Source of the DNA: Gemmatimonadota bacterium | GTDB lineage: Bacteria; Gemmatimonadota; Gemmatimonadetes; Gemmatimonadales; Gemmatimonadaceae | Direction: 5' to 3' | Assembly: GCA_040389905.1 (NCBI GenBank) | Contig: JAZJZK010000028.1 | Coordinates: forward strand, 1 to 36,818 | Length of the DNA stretch: 36,818 bases | Shown: piece by piece, positions 1 to 10,096 of the stretch | How the letters are laid out: every line of letters begins with the position of its first letter | How positions within the stretch are numbered: position 1 is the stretch's first letter | Made by a program: the position numbers and the translations under genes | Notes under the pieces: model-generated | The model's database searches: none | What the model was told of the DNA's origin: nothing | Seen by the model: only the letters and a program-made list of their open reading frames with translations

Positions 1-1
1 G

Positions 2-2470
2 AAGAAGAAGGCGCTGTCGGAGCTCGTGTTCGAGAGCTACCGCTTCGCCGGCCTCGCCAGCACCGTGCAGTTCCTCGATCGCCTGAAGGAGTTCGGATTC
101 GCCAACGCCACGCGCGGCGGTGTTTCCATCGGCATCGAAGACCTGCACATTCCGTCCGAGAAGGAAACGCTCCTCGAAGAAGCCACGACTCGCGTCGAGC
201 GCTTCCAGAAGGCGTACCAGACCGGCAACATCACGAACGGTGAGCGCTACAACAAAGTCATCGACACGTGGACCCACGCGAACTCCGACGTTGCCGACGC
301 CATGGTCAAGGCCATGCGCGAGAGCAAGGACGGGTTCAACCCGGTGTTCATGATGTTCGACTCTGGCTCACGTGGTTCACGCGACCAGATCCGTCAGCTC
401 GCGGGTATGCGCGGACTGATGGCGAAGCCGCAGAAGAAGCTCACCGGTGGTATCGGTGAAATCATCGAAAGCCCGATCAAGTCGAACTTCCGTGAAGGTC
501 TCTCCGTGCTCGAGTACTTCATCTCGACGCACGGTGCTCGTAAGGGTTTGGCCGACACGGCGCTCAAGACGGCCGATGCCGGTTACCTCACCCGCCGCCT
601 CGTGGACGTCGCGCAGGATGTGACGATCACCGAGGAGGATTGCGGTACGATCATGGGTCTCGAAGTCGGCGCCCTGAAGGAAGGCGAAGACGTCATCGAG
701 CCGCTGGCGGAGCGTATCGTCGGCAACGTGGCGGCGGAGGACATCGAAGATCCACATGCGATCGACGAGTCGGGTCGCCCGCTGATGCTCGCCGAGTCCG
801 GCGTGCTCATCGACGAAGAGACGGCGCAGGAGATCGAAGATTCCGGTCTGGAAACGGTCAAGATCCGCAGCGTGCTCACCTGTGAGGCGAAGCGCGGTCT
901 CTGCCGCATGTGCTACGGCCGTAATCTCGCCACGATGTTCATGGTGGACATCGGCGAGGCCGTCGGCATCATCGCGGCGCAGTCGATCGGTGAGCCAGGT
1001 ACGCAGCTGACGCTGCGCACCTTCCACATCGGTGGAACGGCCGCCCGTATCGCCGAGCAGACGGCTCGCAAGAGCAAGGTCGCCGGAAAGATCGAGTACA
1101 GCGATCGCCTGGTGTACGTCACGAACCGCGAAGGGCAGTCGATCGTCACCGGCTACGAAGGCGAGATCATCATTCGCGCGTCGAATGATCCGCACTCGGC
1201 CGTCGGCGCGCGCCTGCAGGTTCCGCTCGGCGCTATCCTGACGCTCAAGGATGGCGAGGAAGTCAAGAAGGATCAGATCATCTTCAGCTGGGATCCGTAC
1301 TCGAATCCCATTATTGCCGACGTTAAGGGAACGATTCGGTTCGTGGACCTCGTTGACGATGAGTCGGTCTCCGAGGAGCTCGACGAGCTCACCGGCCTGC
1401 GCCAGCGCGTCGTCATCGCGGATCGCGACAAGAAGCTCCATCCGCATATCGAGATCTGGGAAACGAAGGGCGGAAAGGAAAAGAAGATCCGCGACTTCGT
1501 CATCCCCGAGGGCGCGCAGCTCACGATCGAGGATGGGCAGGAAATCTTCCCGGGCGAAACGCTCGCGAAGCTCGGACGGGAGGCGTACAAGACGCGCGAC
1601 ATCACGGGCGGTCTGCCGCGAGTCGCCGAGTTGTTCGAGGCGCGCAAGCCGAAGGATCCTGCAACGATTTCAGAGATCGACGGCGTCGTTCGCTTCGGCG
1701 ACATCAAGCGCGGCAAGCGCGAGATCTTCGTCGCGCCCGTGCGCGGCGGTTCTGGTGCCGATGCGTTTGCGGTCGACGAGACGGCCGAGGCGCAACTGTA
1801 CGAGGTTGCCTCCGGCAAGCACTTGCGTGTGCACGAAGGGGATCGCGTGCGCGCCGGTGATCGTCTCTCCGAGGGACCGGTCAACCCGCATGACATCCTT
1901 CGCATCAAGGGTGCGCGTGCGGTGCAGGAATACCTGCTCAATGAAGTGCAGGAGGTCTATCGTCTCCAGGGCGTGAAGATCAACGACAAGCACATCGGCG
2001 TGATCGTGCGACAGATGCTCCAGAAGGTCCGCGTGATGGATGCGGGCGAGACGGAGTTCCTCGAGGGCGAGCACGTGGACAAGCAGGTGTTCCGCGACGA
2101 GAACGATCGGATGAAGAAGCGGAAGGAAGCGCCGTCAACGGCGGAGCCCCTCCTGCTCGGCATCACGAAGGCCTCGCTCACCACGCAGTCGTTCATCTCG
2201 GCGGCTTCCTTCCAGGAGACCACCCGAGTCCTTACCGACGCGTCGATCCGTGGCGCGAAGGACGATCTGCTCGGCCTCAAGGAGAACATCATCATCGGTC
2301 ACCTCATTCCGGCCGGTACGGGTATGTACCGCTACCAGGATGTGGAACTCGAAGGTCTGGAAGTGCCGGATGCTCCACTTCCGCCGCTGCCGGATGCATT
2401 GCCGAACGTGTTCTCGATGGCGGATGACGATGAGTTCCCGGCGTCGGCTCGGGCAGGCGTTCAGAAGTAA
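2..2470 (+). CDS. rpoC: DNA-directed RNA polymerase beta' subunit, 5'-truncated by the window edge
   Basis: Frame is open from position 2. Contains bridge helix [32 protein letters not shown], trigger loop [37 protein letters not shown] and C-terminal [17 protein letters not shown]. Confidence 0.99.
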   Translation, partial: KKKALSELVFESYRFAGLASTVQFLDRLKEFGFANATRGGVSIGIEDLHIPSEKETLLEEATTRVERFQKAYQTGNITNGERYNKVIDTWTHANSDVADAMVKAMRESKDGFNPVFMMFDSGSRGSRDQIRQLAGMRGLMAKPQKKLTGGIGEIIESPIKSNFREGLSVLEYFISTHGARKGLADTALKTADAGYLTRRLVDVAQDVTITEEDCGTIMGLEVGALKEGEDVIEPLAERIVGNVAAEDIEDPHAIDESGRPLMLAESGVLIDEETAQEIEDSGLETVKIRSVLTCEAKRGLCRMCYGRNLATMFMVDIGEAVGIIAAQSIGEPGTQLTLRTFHIGGTAARIAEQTARKSKVAGKIEYSDRLVYVTNREGQSIVTGYEGEIIIRASNDPHSAVGARLQVPLGAILTLKDGEEVKKDQIIFSWDPYSNPIIADVKGTIRFVDLVDDESVSEELDELTGLRQRVVIADRDKKLHPHIEIWETKGGKEKKIRDFVIPEGAQLTIEDGQEIFPGETLAKLGREAYKTRDITGGLPRVAELFEARKPKDPATISEIDGVVRFGDIKRGKREIFVAPVRGGSGADAFAVDETAEAQLYEVASGKHLRVHEGDRVRAGDRLSEGPVNPHDILRIKGARAVQEYLLNEVQEVYRLQGVKINDKHIGVIVRQMLQKVRVMDAGETEFLEGEHVDKQVFRDENDRMKKRKEAPSTAEPLLLGITKASLTTQSFISAASFQETTRVLTDASIRGAKDDLLGLKENIIIGHLIPAGTGMYRYQDVELEGLEVPDAPLPPLPDALPNVFSMADDDEFPASARAGVQK

Positions 2471-2496
2471 ACACGCACCATGCTGGGAATGCAGTG

Positions 2497-2533
2497 AAAC
2501 GGCCCGGGAGACTTCTCCCGGGCCGTTTTCTTC
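2497..2533 (+). terminator. Intrinsic terminator of rpoC
   Basis: Perfect stem aaacggcccgggaga/tctcccgggccgttt followed by tcttc, about 25 nt after the rpoC stop. Confidence 0.9.
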
Positions 2534-2613
2534 ATGCATGTCGTGGCGAAGCACAACATGGAAAGCAGCGTCAAATTGTTCTTACAAAGGCACGTTTTGT
2601 TATTCTGACTCGC

Positions 2614-3606
2614 TCAGAGGTTGATGTCTTGCCGGTGATCGTTCGATACCCGCGCGAGCACGAAGGCAATGACCCCACCGACCAACCCTCCGCACATCAC
2701 GACGGCGGTAAAGACGAGCCCCGTCGCCATTGCCGCGGAGGACGACACGCCGAATGGCTGAAAGAGCAGCACCAACGCACCTTCGCGTACGCCAATGCCG
2801 CCCTGTGTCACAGGGAGAATCGCCGCGATCTTCGCCAGCGGCCACACGAACAGCCACACAACGAACGAGATATCGATCCCGATTACGTCGCCGAGCCGGG
2901 CGTTCAGCAGTACGAGTAGGCTCTGAAGCAACATGCTGAGGAGCAATGCGCCAATCAGGCGTGCCGGCCGTTCGCGCAATGCGCGATACGCCTGGCGGAT
3001 TTTGACGAGCGCTCGCCTCCGCCTGATGGGCAAGCGACGAATGACAGGTGTAAGAAGGAGGATGGCGAACGCGCCGGCCCCCGCGACAAGGAAGAGTCCT
3101 CCCATGCCGAGAAAGATCAATCGGCTGCGCGGATCAAGTGCGGTGGGGAGAAGCAGCGCCCCGATGCCAGCCACTGCCGCGAGGCCAATCGTATCGAGCA
3201 AGCGTTCGGCGAGACTTCCCAGCACAAGCCCGCTGCGCGAGCGAGCGAGCGACATCGCGAGCCCGGCGCGAACGACATCCCCCCCGATGATCGACGGAAG
3301 AAAAAGGTTGCCGAACAGTCCATAGTAGTAGCACCGGACACCGCTCAGGAAACTCAGCTCCGCGCCCGCCGCATTGATGACGAGAAGCCATTTGCACACG
3401 CCGATCAGGTGAAGCAGCAGGTACGCGCCCAACGCACCCACCCACACGAGTGGCGGTACCTGACGAAGTGCCGCAACCAGGTCCCTGAACGGCACGAACA
3501 CGAGCAGCAGCGCGAGAATTGCGGCGCTTCCGAGCACACGGATGGCGAAGACGCGGCCAGGAGATCGCTTCGATCGTTGCCCACGTGCAATTGCGTCACG
3601 ACTCAT
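2614..3606 (-). CDS. Lysylphosphatidylglycerol synthase TM-domain (UPF0104/AglD2-like) flippase-type membrane protein
   Basis: Multi-TM protein with family motifs [24 protein letters not shown] and [13 protein letters not shown]. Start overlaps the upstream GT2 stop (ATGA). Confidence 0.85.
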   Translation of the reverse strand: MSRDAIARGQRSKRSPGRVFAIRVLGSAAILALLLVFVPFRDLVAALRQVPPLVWVGALGAYLLLHLIGVCKWLLVINAAGAELSFLSGVRCYYYGLFGNLFLPSIIGGDVVRAGLAMSLARSRSGLVLGSLAERLLDTIGLAAVAGIGALLLPTALDPRSRLIFLGMGGLFLVAGAGAFAILLLTPVIRRLPIRRRRALVKIRQAYRALRERPARLIGALLLSMLLQSLLVLLNARLGDVIGIDISFVVWLFVWPLAKIAAILPVTQGGIGVREGALVLLFQPFGVSSSAAMATGLVFTAVVMCGGLVGGVIAFVLARVSNDHRQDINL

Positions 3607-4586
3607 CTCTGATCGCGTCGCGATGTGTCGCTCGAGGTGGCTTCTTGGTCGGGAAGGTCGAGCCGGCGCAGACGGTAGAGTGCCTCTTCCATGATCTTGC
3701 GGCTCGCTGAGAGCACGTCAGCGAGAAGACCGATGAGCATAACCTGGAACCCGATGATGATCAGGATGGCCGCAAGCAGCAGCGACTGGATGTGTCCCGT
3801 CGGGTGTCCGCTGACGAAGAACCACAAAAAACGGATGCCTGGAATAACGCCCAGCACGACGAGTGCCGCACCAAGCAGCGTAAAAACGCGGAGCGGCCGA
3901 TACATGACGTACGCGCGCACGATGGTGGCGCCGGAACTTCGCAGGTACTGGGGAATCCCTCGCATCAGCCGCGATGGGCGCGTGTTCGGATTCACGCGGA
4001 TACGCACAAACTCGACAGGCACGCGGCGCGAGCCTGCCTGAATGAGCGTCTCGAGCGTGTACGAGTAGGTGCTGTGAACCAGGGTTCGCAGCGCGGTCTC
4101 GCGTGTCATGGCCCGGAAGCCACTCGTGGCATCTGGAATCCGTATTCCGGATGCACTGCTCACCACCCGGCTACCCAGGCGTTGAAGTAATCGCTTGTAC
4201 CATGGGAAATGCGCGAGTGTCCCAACGCCGCGATCGCCAACGACGAGCGCGGCACGTCCAGCGACGAGTGGTGCGACGAGCAGCGCGATGTCATCGGCGT
4301 GATACTGGTTGTCGGCATCCGTGTTGACGATGAAATCCGCACCCAGACCAACCGCGGCATCGAGCCCCGTCCGAAAGGCGGCGGCCAGTCCCTGATTCCC
4401 GATGTGTCGCACGACGTGATGCACACCAGCCGCCCGCGCAACGTCAGCCGTGTCATCACTGCTGCCGTCGTCGATGATCAGGTACTCGATGACGTCGATG
4501 CCGGGCAACTCGCGGGGAAGCGCACGAATCGTCTCGCCGAGCGTCGGTGCCTCGTTGAAGCACGGTATCTGGATGATCAGCTTCAT
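3603..4586 (-). CDS. Glycosyltransferase family 2 (polyprenol-phosphate glycosyltransferase/DPM-like)
   Basis: Motifs [20 protein letters not shown] and DATSGFRA, plus two C-terminal TMs. Start placed at MKLII (4586), which overlaps the upstream stop (ATGA). Confidence 0.92.
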   Translation of the reverse strand: MKLIIQIPCFNEAPTLGETIRALPRELPGIDVIEYLIIDDGSSDDTADVARAAGVHHVVRHIGNQGLAAAFRTGLDAAVGLGADFIVNTDADNQYHADDIALLVAPLVAGRAALVVGDRGVGTLAHFPWYKRLLQRLGSRVVSSASGIRIPDATSGFRAMTRETALRTLVHSTYSYTLETLIQAGSRRVPVEFVRIRVNPNTRPSRLMRGIPQYLRSSGATIVRAYVMYRPLRVFTLLGAALVVLGVIPGIRFLWFFVSGHPTGHIQSLLLAAILIIIGFQVMLIGLLADVLSASRKIMEEALYRLRRLDLPDQEATSSDTSRRDQR

Positions 4587-6073
4587 GGGATGGCCGGCAG
4601 TCGGCACGTCACGATATCACCGTCTCCGACGGTACCCAGAAAACGCGGCGCGTTCCGGCAGTACGTGTTCGCGAGGGTCATGATCTCAGGGGCGGAGCGG
4701 GAGAGATATCGCGGAAACGTGTAGACGAGCCACACCGGCCCCCGCCGCCGCAACTGGTCGACCTCGGCGGCCGTGCTCAGCCTCGGCCAATCGCGCACGA
4801 AATATGTTTGAATCGGGTCTGCCGCGGCGCCGGCGGTGATCACCGCTTCGCCCGGTGTCCGCGTTGCGTCGACATAGCGCACGGCGCCGTCGAAGTCCTG
4901 CTTGGGATGCCGATAGAGCGCGGCCAGCGAGGCCAGTGACAAGACCGAGATGCCGAGCATCACCGCCGTCGCCAACCGCTCTCCCGTCAGAGCGCTCGAC
5001 GCACTGAGTCGTTGGGTAATCCAATCGGACGCCACCATGACGCCCCGCACTCCAATCAGAATGCCCGGCCCGATGAGCGCGAACAGAAATCGGGGATAGA
5101 AGGTACCGCGAGCCAACTGCGCACCAGCGAGGATCACGAAGGCGGGCGCCACGAAAAGCCCCAGCGCGACGGCGTCGTTTCGCGCGAAGCTGCGCAGGCC
5201 GAGCATGAACAGTGCGCCGGCAATCGCCACGACGATGACGCCGACGATGATCGTTCCCGCACCGAACCCCAATGCGAGAACCCGTAGGCCCTCGACGAAG
5301 GCCCAGCCCTTGGTCGATGACGCCGTCAGCGCTGACGGCTTGTCCGCGAAAAACGTATGGACCTGGAGCAGGACCGGTGCATAGAGCAGCAGCGTTCCCA
5401 CCGCGGCGAGCGCGAATGCCGCGAGTACGGGCCGTCCCCATCGGTTCCATTGTGCGCGCGGATTGCCGTGCAACAGCAGCGCTCCCACAGTGACGAGCGC
5501 GTGCGCGACAACGATGAACACCATGGTGAGGTGCGTGTACGCGCCAAGGGCGCCGCACGCCGCATACCAGAGCGCGAGCGACGCAGGCCCGCCTTCGATC
5601 AGGCGAAGAAGGCTCCAGGTGCACGCGATAGTAAAGAATGCGATCATCACATAGCCGCGTGCGTTCGTCGAAAACCACACGTGGTGGTAGGACACGGCGA
5701 GGAGCGCCGCTGAGAGCAGCGCCTCGCGCGTCGACGTGAGATAGCGCGCAAAGCCGTATAACAGGGGAACGGTGGCTGCACCGAAGAGGATGGAGGGAAG
5801 CCGGATCGCCCACGCGTGCTCACCGAACGCCGACATCGAGACATGCGCGAGAATCGAGTACAGCGGGTGGTGATTGTCTTTCGGAAAGCGCGTGATCGTT
5901 TCGACGAGCGTCGGACGGAACGATGACACGAGCGAATAGATCTCGTCGATCCACAGCCCGCCGTTTGCGGCAGGAATTCGCACCAGCAACGCGAGTACCG
6001 TCAGGCCGATCACCGTCGTCCAAACACGGGCGTCACCCCGGCCGCGCGACTCTGCCGCGTCGGGCAACGACAT
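4583..6073 (-). CDS. GT-C fold (family 39/ArnT/PMT-like) membrane glycosyltransferase
   Basis: First TM followed by LWIDE, then HHPLY, IRLPS and STNARGY motifs; many TMs. Start placed at MSLPD (6073), TGATG-coupled to the upstream stop. Confidence 0.88.
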   Translation of the reverse strand: MSLPDAAESRGRGDARVWTTVIGLTVLALLVRIPAANGGLWIDEIYSLVSSFRPTLVETITRFPKDNHHPLYSILAHVSMSAFGEHAWAIRLPSILFGAATVPLLYGFARYLTSTREALLSAALLAVSYHHVWFSTNARGYVMIAFFTIACTWSLLRLIEGGPASLALWYAACGALGAYTHLTMVFIVVAHALVTVGALLLHGNPRAQWNRWGRPVLAAFALAAVGTLLLYAPVLLQVHTFFADKPSALTASSTKGWAFVEGLRVLALGFGAGTIIVGVIVVAIAGALFMLGLRSFARNDAVALGLFVAPAFVILAGAQLARGTFYPRFLFALIGPGILIGVRGVMVASDWITQRLSASSALTGERLATAVMLGISVLSLASLAALYRHPKQDFDGAVRYVDATRTPGEAVITAGAAADPIQTYFVRDWPRLSTAAEVDQLRRRGPVWLVYTFPRYLSRSAPEIMTLANTYCRNAPRFLGTVGDGDIVTCRLPAIP

Positions 6074-7485
6074 CAATCCTCGACCACGTGCGTCGCGAAG
6101 ATCTCGCGGTACTTCGCCCATTTGGCCAGATCGAACGAGCCGTCGACCAGGCAATCCACGGCACTATACGCCATGAAGAGCGCGTGATGCGTATTGTCGT
6201 GTGCGAACAGACCCTGGCGTCCGTAGCTCAGGAAACGAGGCAACGTTGACGTCCACGCTTCGATGGTCGCGAGCGACTTCTCGTACCCCATCGTGTAGAT
6301 GGGGTAGGCTTGCCGCAGTCGACGTGTGAACACGGCGACGGGTGGTCGAGGCACTGGAATCTCGCAACGCGCGAGATCATCGGCGACGAGCCGCCCGAGT
6401 TCCTCGTCGCTCATGGTCCACAGATGATCGTCGACGGCGCACGGTACCTCCGCGCACAGCACGGTGCGGCCCACGGGCTCACTGAGCCCGAAATAGCGCT
6501 TCGGCTCGGAGACACGTGTGACCGTGACATTCCCTTCGGGGAAGTAGTGCGCGTCCGTCGAAGCGGTCCAGAAGTCGGTATCGAGCTCGAGGTAGACAAG
6601 AATCATCGCGCGGAACTCGATGGCCTTCGACGCTTCGACCACATCGGCGGGCGGTCCGGGCACCATGGCCCGTGCTGCCGTCGTCATCGGGATCGTCGAC
6701 CACACATGATCGGCATTCAGCGTCTGGCGCTCTTCGCCCCGACGCACCACGACCCTCCACGGACCGTTTCCCTCCGGTTGCTCGAGCGTTTCTACACCCC
6801 AACCCATCATGAATTCTGCGCCGTTCGCGCGAGTGGCGTCTGCATACGCGCGAGAGATCTGCCCATAGCCCTCGCGCATGTAGTAGAACATGCCAGCACC
6901 TGGTGGCTTCACCAATCGCTTGAGGAGCTTGCTGAACGAGCCCGCGGTCACGCGCTTTCTCGCCTGGATTCCCGAGAGCTGAGTGGGTTCGTGGCCCCAC
7001 AGCTTGCGAGCGTAGGGCAAGTAGAAGTTGCGGTACATCGTCGGTCCGAGATTCGCCTCGAGGACCGACGCGAACGTGTTTCCCTCAGGACGTTTTGGAC
7101 CGAGTGCCTTGCGCAACACGTCGAACGCCATGCCGGCCGCGAAGCCCTTGTCCAGGTGGAGAAGGAGATCCGTCGCCTTGATGGGAAAATGGAGCCAGCG
7201 TCCCCGCAGCCGAATGCGTCCGTGGCGGACGCGATGCCTGAAATCATCGCCGAGCAGTTGCTTGATATCCGCGAGGATGCCAGGGTCAACCGCCGAGTGC
7301 AGCCGGTGACTGCCGTAGTCGAGCCAGAGGCCCTTATACTCGAAACTCCCGGCATTGCCGCCGAGCACCTGCTGCTGCTCGATCACGGTGACGCGCGCGC
7401 GTTGGCGACGACGTAATTCGAACGCCGCCCCACATCCGGCGGGCCCGCCTCCGAGAACCACGATATGAGGCTCTGTCACATTCAC
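6073..7485 (-). CDS. FAD-dependent oxidoreductase (UDP-galactopyranose mutase/protoporphyrinogen oxidase-like, glycan-cluster type)
   Basis: Rossmann motif VVLGGGPAG, LGGNAGS, DYGSHRLH, AYPIY and GRQGLFAHDNTHH. GTG start at 7485 or 7479 is inferred. Confidence 0.82.
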   Translation of the reverse strand: MNVTEPHIVVLGGGPAGCGAAFELRRRQRARVTVIEQQQVLGGNAGSFEYKGLWLDYGSHRLHSAVDPGILADIKQLLGDDFRHRVRHGRIRLRGRWLHFPIKATDLLLHLDKGFAAGMAFDVLRKALGPKRPEGNTFASVLEANLGPTMYRNFYLPYARKLWGHEPTQLSGIQARKRVTAGSFSKLLKRLVKPPGAGMFYYMREGYGQISRAYADATRANGAEFMMGWGVETLEQPEGNGPWRVVVRRGEERQTLNADHVWSTIPMTTAARAMVPGPPADVVEASKAIEFRAMILVYLELDTDFWTASTDAHYFPEGNVTVTRVSEPKRYFGLSEPVGRTVLCAEVPCAVDDHLWTMSDEELGRLVADDLARCEIPVPRPPVAVFTRRLRQAYPIYTMGYEKSLATIEAWTSTLPRFLSYGRQGLFAHDNTHHALFMAYSAVDCLVDGSFDLAKWAKYREIFATHVVED

Positions 7486-7643
7486 TCGCTGAAGGTGGAC
7501 CGCAACGGCGCCGCGGCGACGCAGGTTGTCGGGGTGACCCACTCTAACGTTCGCGAGTTCGCTTGAACAGGCCGGTCGGCACGCCGCTCGACAGTATCCA
7601 TGGCAGAAGAGCGCAGTCGATTGGCGCGCAGGTCGGCGATCAC
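7482..7643 (-). CDS. Possible 53-aa small protein bridging two genes
   Basis: GTG at 7643 overlaps the pyruvyltransferase stop (GTGA), and its TGA overlaps a GTG in frame with the oxidoreductase (GTGA). No recognisable family. Confidence 0.3.
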   Translation of the reverse strand: MIADLRANRLRSSAMDTVERRADRPVQANSRTLEWVTPTTCVAAAPLRSTFSE

Positions 7644-8593
7644 GCCAGACGAAACTGTGCGCGCCATCGTTCTATCGCGTCGAACGGAAGGTTGAGTCGC
7701 GTTTCGAAGGGCGCTTCGATCATCCGAATCAATCGCGCCATGTCGCCGCGCTCCACCGTGGGAAGGTCAATGTCCTCTCCCATTGCGCGCGCACGGTTGT
7801 CGATTTCGACGATGATGCTGCGCCTGCCGAATTGAAGCGCACGAATGCCCGCATGAAGGCGGTTACCAACGTAGTCGAGATCGGGCTCCGACTGGAGTAG
7901 CGCGTCGAACGCCGCAAGACTTGGCCGCAGGAAGACGAGCCCCGGATCGAGCTCGCGGGCATAGGCGGAGTCCTCTTCCGTTTGCGTCCAGAAGAACACC
8001 CGGTCGTAGCGTGCTCGCAGCGTCGTGAGAAGCTCCCGGTCGAGATGCCGATCCTTGATATAGGTGTTCAGCGTGGTCACGACGCTGCCGGCCTTCCGGC
8101 TCGGTACCGCCGTACATCGCTCAGGGGTGAGCGTCCATAATGTCGGGCATCCGGTATTGATAACGTTTGCGATTCCCGCCGCGGTGAGCATCCGCAATGC
8201 CTGACTATCGCGCACCGCGTGCAGGTACCGTCGGCTGAGAAGCCGCTTGAGCAGCAGCCGGCTGTAAAGATCCGCTGGCGATTGGTACTGATACCAACCG
8301 CAACCCATGAGGACGATCTCGCTCCGTCGAATCGCCGCGGCCGGCGAGATCTTCCAGAGCGGTTTGAACCACATTCTGGAGCTGAGCAGGTTCGACCCTC
8401 CGACGATGGCGACGTCCGAACGCTGGAGCAGGCGACGACTCCGCGCGCCCATCCATTCATGACTCACGATGCTGTACTGAAAAGCGTCTGGGCAGAGCTC
8501 GTCGATCTCTCGGCGAACTGCCTCCATGATGATCTGGTCCCCGAGATTCGTGGAGGCCGTCGCCGTGTCCAGAAGGGTTACGCTTCGCATCAT
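7640..8593 (-). CDS. Polysaccharide pyruvyl transferase family protein
   Basis: Motifs NLGDQII, VGGSNLL, AVRD, GCPT and GNRLHAGI. Start placed at MMRSV. Confidence 0.88.
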   Translation of the reverse strand: MMRSVTLLDTATASTNLGDQIIMEAVRREIDELCPDAFQYSIVSHEWMGARSRRLLQRSDVAIVGGSNLLSSRMWFKPLWKISPAAAIRRSEIVLMGCGWYQYQSPADLYSRLLLKRLLSRRYLHAVRDSQALRMLTAAGIANVINTGCPTLWTLTPERCTAVPSRKAGSVVTTLNTYIKDRHLDRELLTTLRARYDRVFFWTQTEEDSAYARELDPGLVFLRPSLAAFDALLQSEPDLDYVGNRLHAGIRALQFGRRSIIVEIDNRARAMGEDIDLPTVERGDMARLIRMIEAPFETRLNLPFDAIERWRAQFRLA

Positions 8594-8627
8594 CGCGGGG
8601 CGTGGGACGTCGCCGTGAATGGCCCAG

Positions 8628-9998
8628 TCACGAATCGCTGCTTGACCGACTGAGGAAGATAGACCCCTCGCGTTCGACCACATGGTATTGCGTCAGGGCG
8701 AAGGCCGCGCAGTGCGAACTGCCATCCGTCAGCGAAAAGGCGACCCCGTGCCCGGGACAATAGATCGACTGATTGTCGTGGTACGCGGCGATCATGTCGA
8801 AGCTGAGGTGTGGGCACACCCGATCGAGCGCGGTCAGCGATCCGTTCGCACGCACGAGAAAGAGCTTCGCGTTTTCGAAGTTGATGCCGAGCTTCGACCC
8901 CTCCGGCAGGTCACCGGTCGCACACACGCGCACCGGTTCGGTACCGATGACACCATCGATGGTGATCAGCGGCGTTTCCGGAGCGGGCTTGCCCGTTTTG
9001 AACGCGAACGACGGCGTACCGCGGTTGTCCTTGGCGGGGAACACCGTGACCGACGAGAAGCGCTTGCGCTCGAGATCATCAGAGGCGTACCAATGCTCGA
9101 AATTCCAGGCGGCCTTGAGATCGAAGCGCGGTTGCCCAGGGTTGAGGCGCGTCGTGATGACGATACGTGTTTTGTCCGAGATGTTGACGTGGGTGCCGTG
9201 GAGCGTTTCGGGGTTGAATACGAGCAGCTGCCCCGGCTTGGTGAGAATTTTGTGTTGCTCCGTGACGGGCACACCCTCGGCGAGATACATGCTCACCGGG
9301 TCAAAGGGATACTGATAGCCGAACATGCCCGGGTACAGGATCACCGTGTTGTACTCATCCACGCCGTCGATGCACCACCACAGGTTGATGCCGTCGTATG
9401 AATGACCGTACCATGTGTCGATGTGCGCGCCGTGCGCACGCGCGACTTCGGGGAGCTGTTGATGGTAGAATTCCGGCTTGTAAGCGCTCTTTTGCTTGCG
9501 CCCCTCGCGCGCCCGTGCGATGGCATTGACCAGCAACTTCCAGTTCTTGAGCGCGGCAAAACCGAGACGCGCTTTCTCCCACAGCGGAAATGCGGGGCGT
9601 TCCACGACCTTCGTCTCGCGCGAGACGAGGAACGGATAGTAGATCCGCATGACGATCAGGTGATCGACATAGAACGTGCCTTCGAGCCCGAGATCATCGC
9701 GCCCGACGCGGTACGACCAGTAGAAGAGATCGCGCTGCAGCGTGTGCATGAGGAAGTCTTCGAGCAGCAGAAGCTTTCCTGCCGGGAAGTGCTCGTGCAT
9801 GCGAGCGAGTCCAACCGCTTCGACGCTTCGTCGAACCGCGGTGCCCGCGATCTCCTCGATTCCGTCGAAGAAGGCACGCGTGACCTTTGCGTACATTTCC
9901 TGTTTGAGCGCATACTCGTCGAGGACGAAGAACGCGCCGTCGCGCAGGATGGCGTCGGTGTCGACGCGTGACGTCGTGGATCGATGCGCGGTGGCCAA
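8628..9998 (-). CDS. 2OG-Fe(II)/PhyH-like dioxygenase fused to a C-terminal Rieske [2Fe-2S] domain
   Basis: HID(TWYG)...GQLLVF...LHG...TR fits an HxD...H facial triad with a downstream Arg. C-terminal CPH-x16-CPGHG is a Rieske signature. TTG start at 9998 has GGAGG upstream; the longer ORF overlaps the flippase. Confidence 0.75.
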   Translation of the reverse strand: MATAHRSTTSRVDTDAILRDGAFFVLDEYALKQEMYAKVTRAFFDGIEEIAGTAVRRSVEAVGLARMHEHFPAGKLLLLEDFLMHTLQRDLFYWSYRVGRDDLGLEGTFYVDHLIVMRIYYPFLVSRETKVVERPAFPLWEKARLGFAALKNWKLLVNAIARAREGRKQKSAYKPEFYHQQLPEVARAHGAHIDTWYGHSYDGINLWWCIDGVDEYNTVILYPGMFGYQYPFDPVSMYLAEGVPVTEQHKILTKPGQLLVFNPETLHGTHVNISDKTRIVITTRLNPGQPRFDLKAAWNFEHWYASDDLERKRFSSVTVFPAKDNRGTPSFAFKTGKPAPETPLITIDGVIGTEPVRVCATGDLPEGSKLGINFENAKLFLVRANGSLTALDRVCPHLSFDMIAAYHDNQSIYCPGHGVAFSLTDGSSHCAAFALTQYHVVEREGSIFLSRSSSDS

Positions 9999-10096
9999 TG
10001 GAACCCTCCGTTCAGAGCCAACCCTGCGGCTGGACGCAGCCGCGTGGGCCAATTTTCGCCCGCGAGGCTGCGCGTGCAAGAGCCAAAATGCCGGAA

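Noticed and set aside
2588..2604. Sigma54-like ggcacg after the rpoC terminator
   Set aside because: No TTGC at the required spacing and no downstream gene on that strand.
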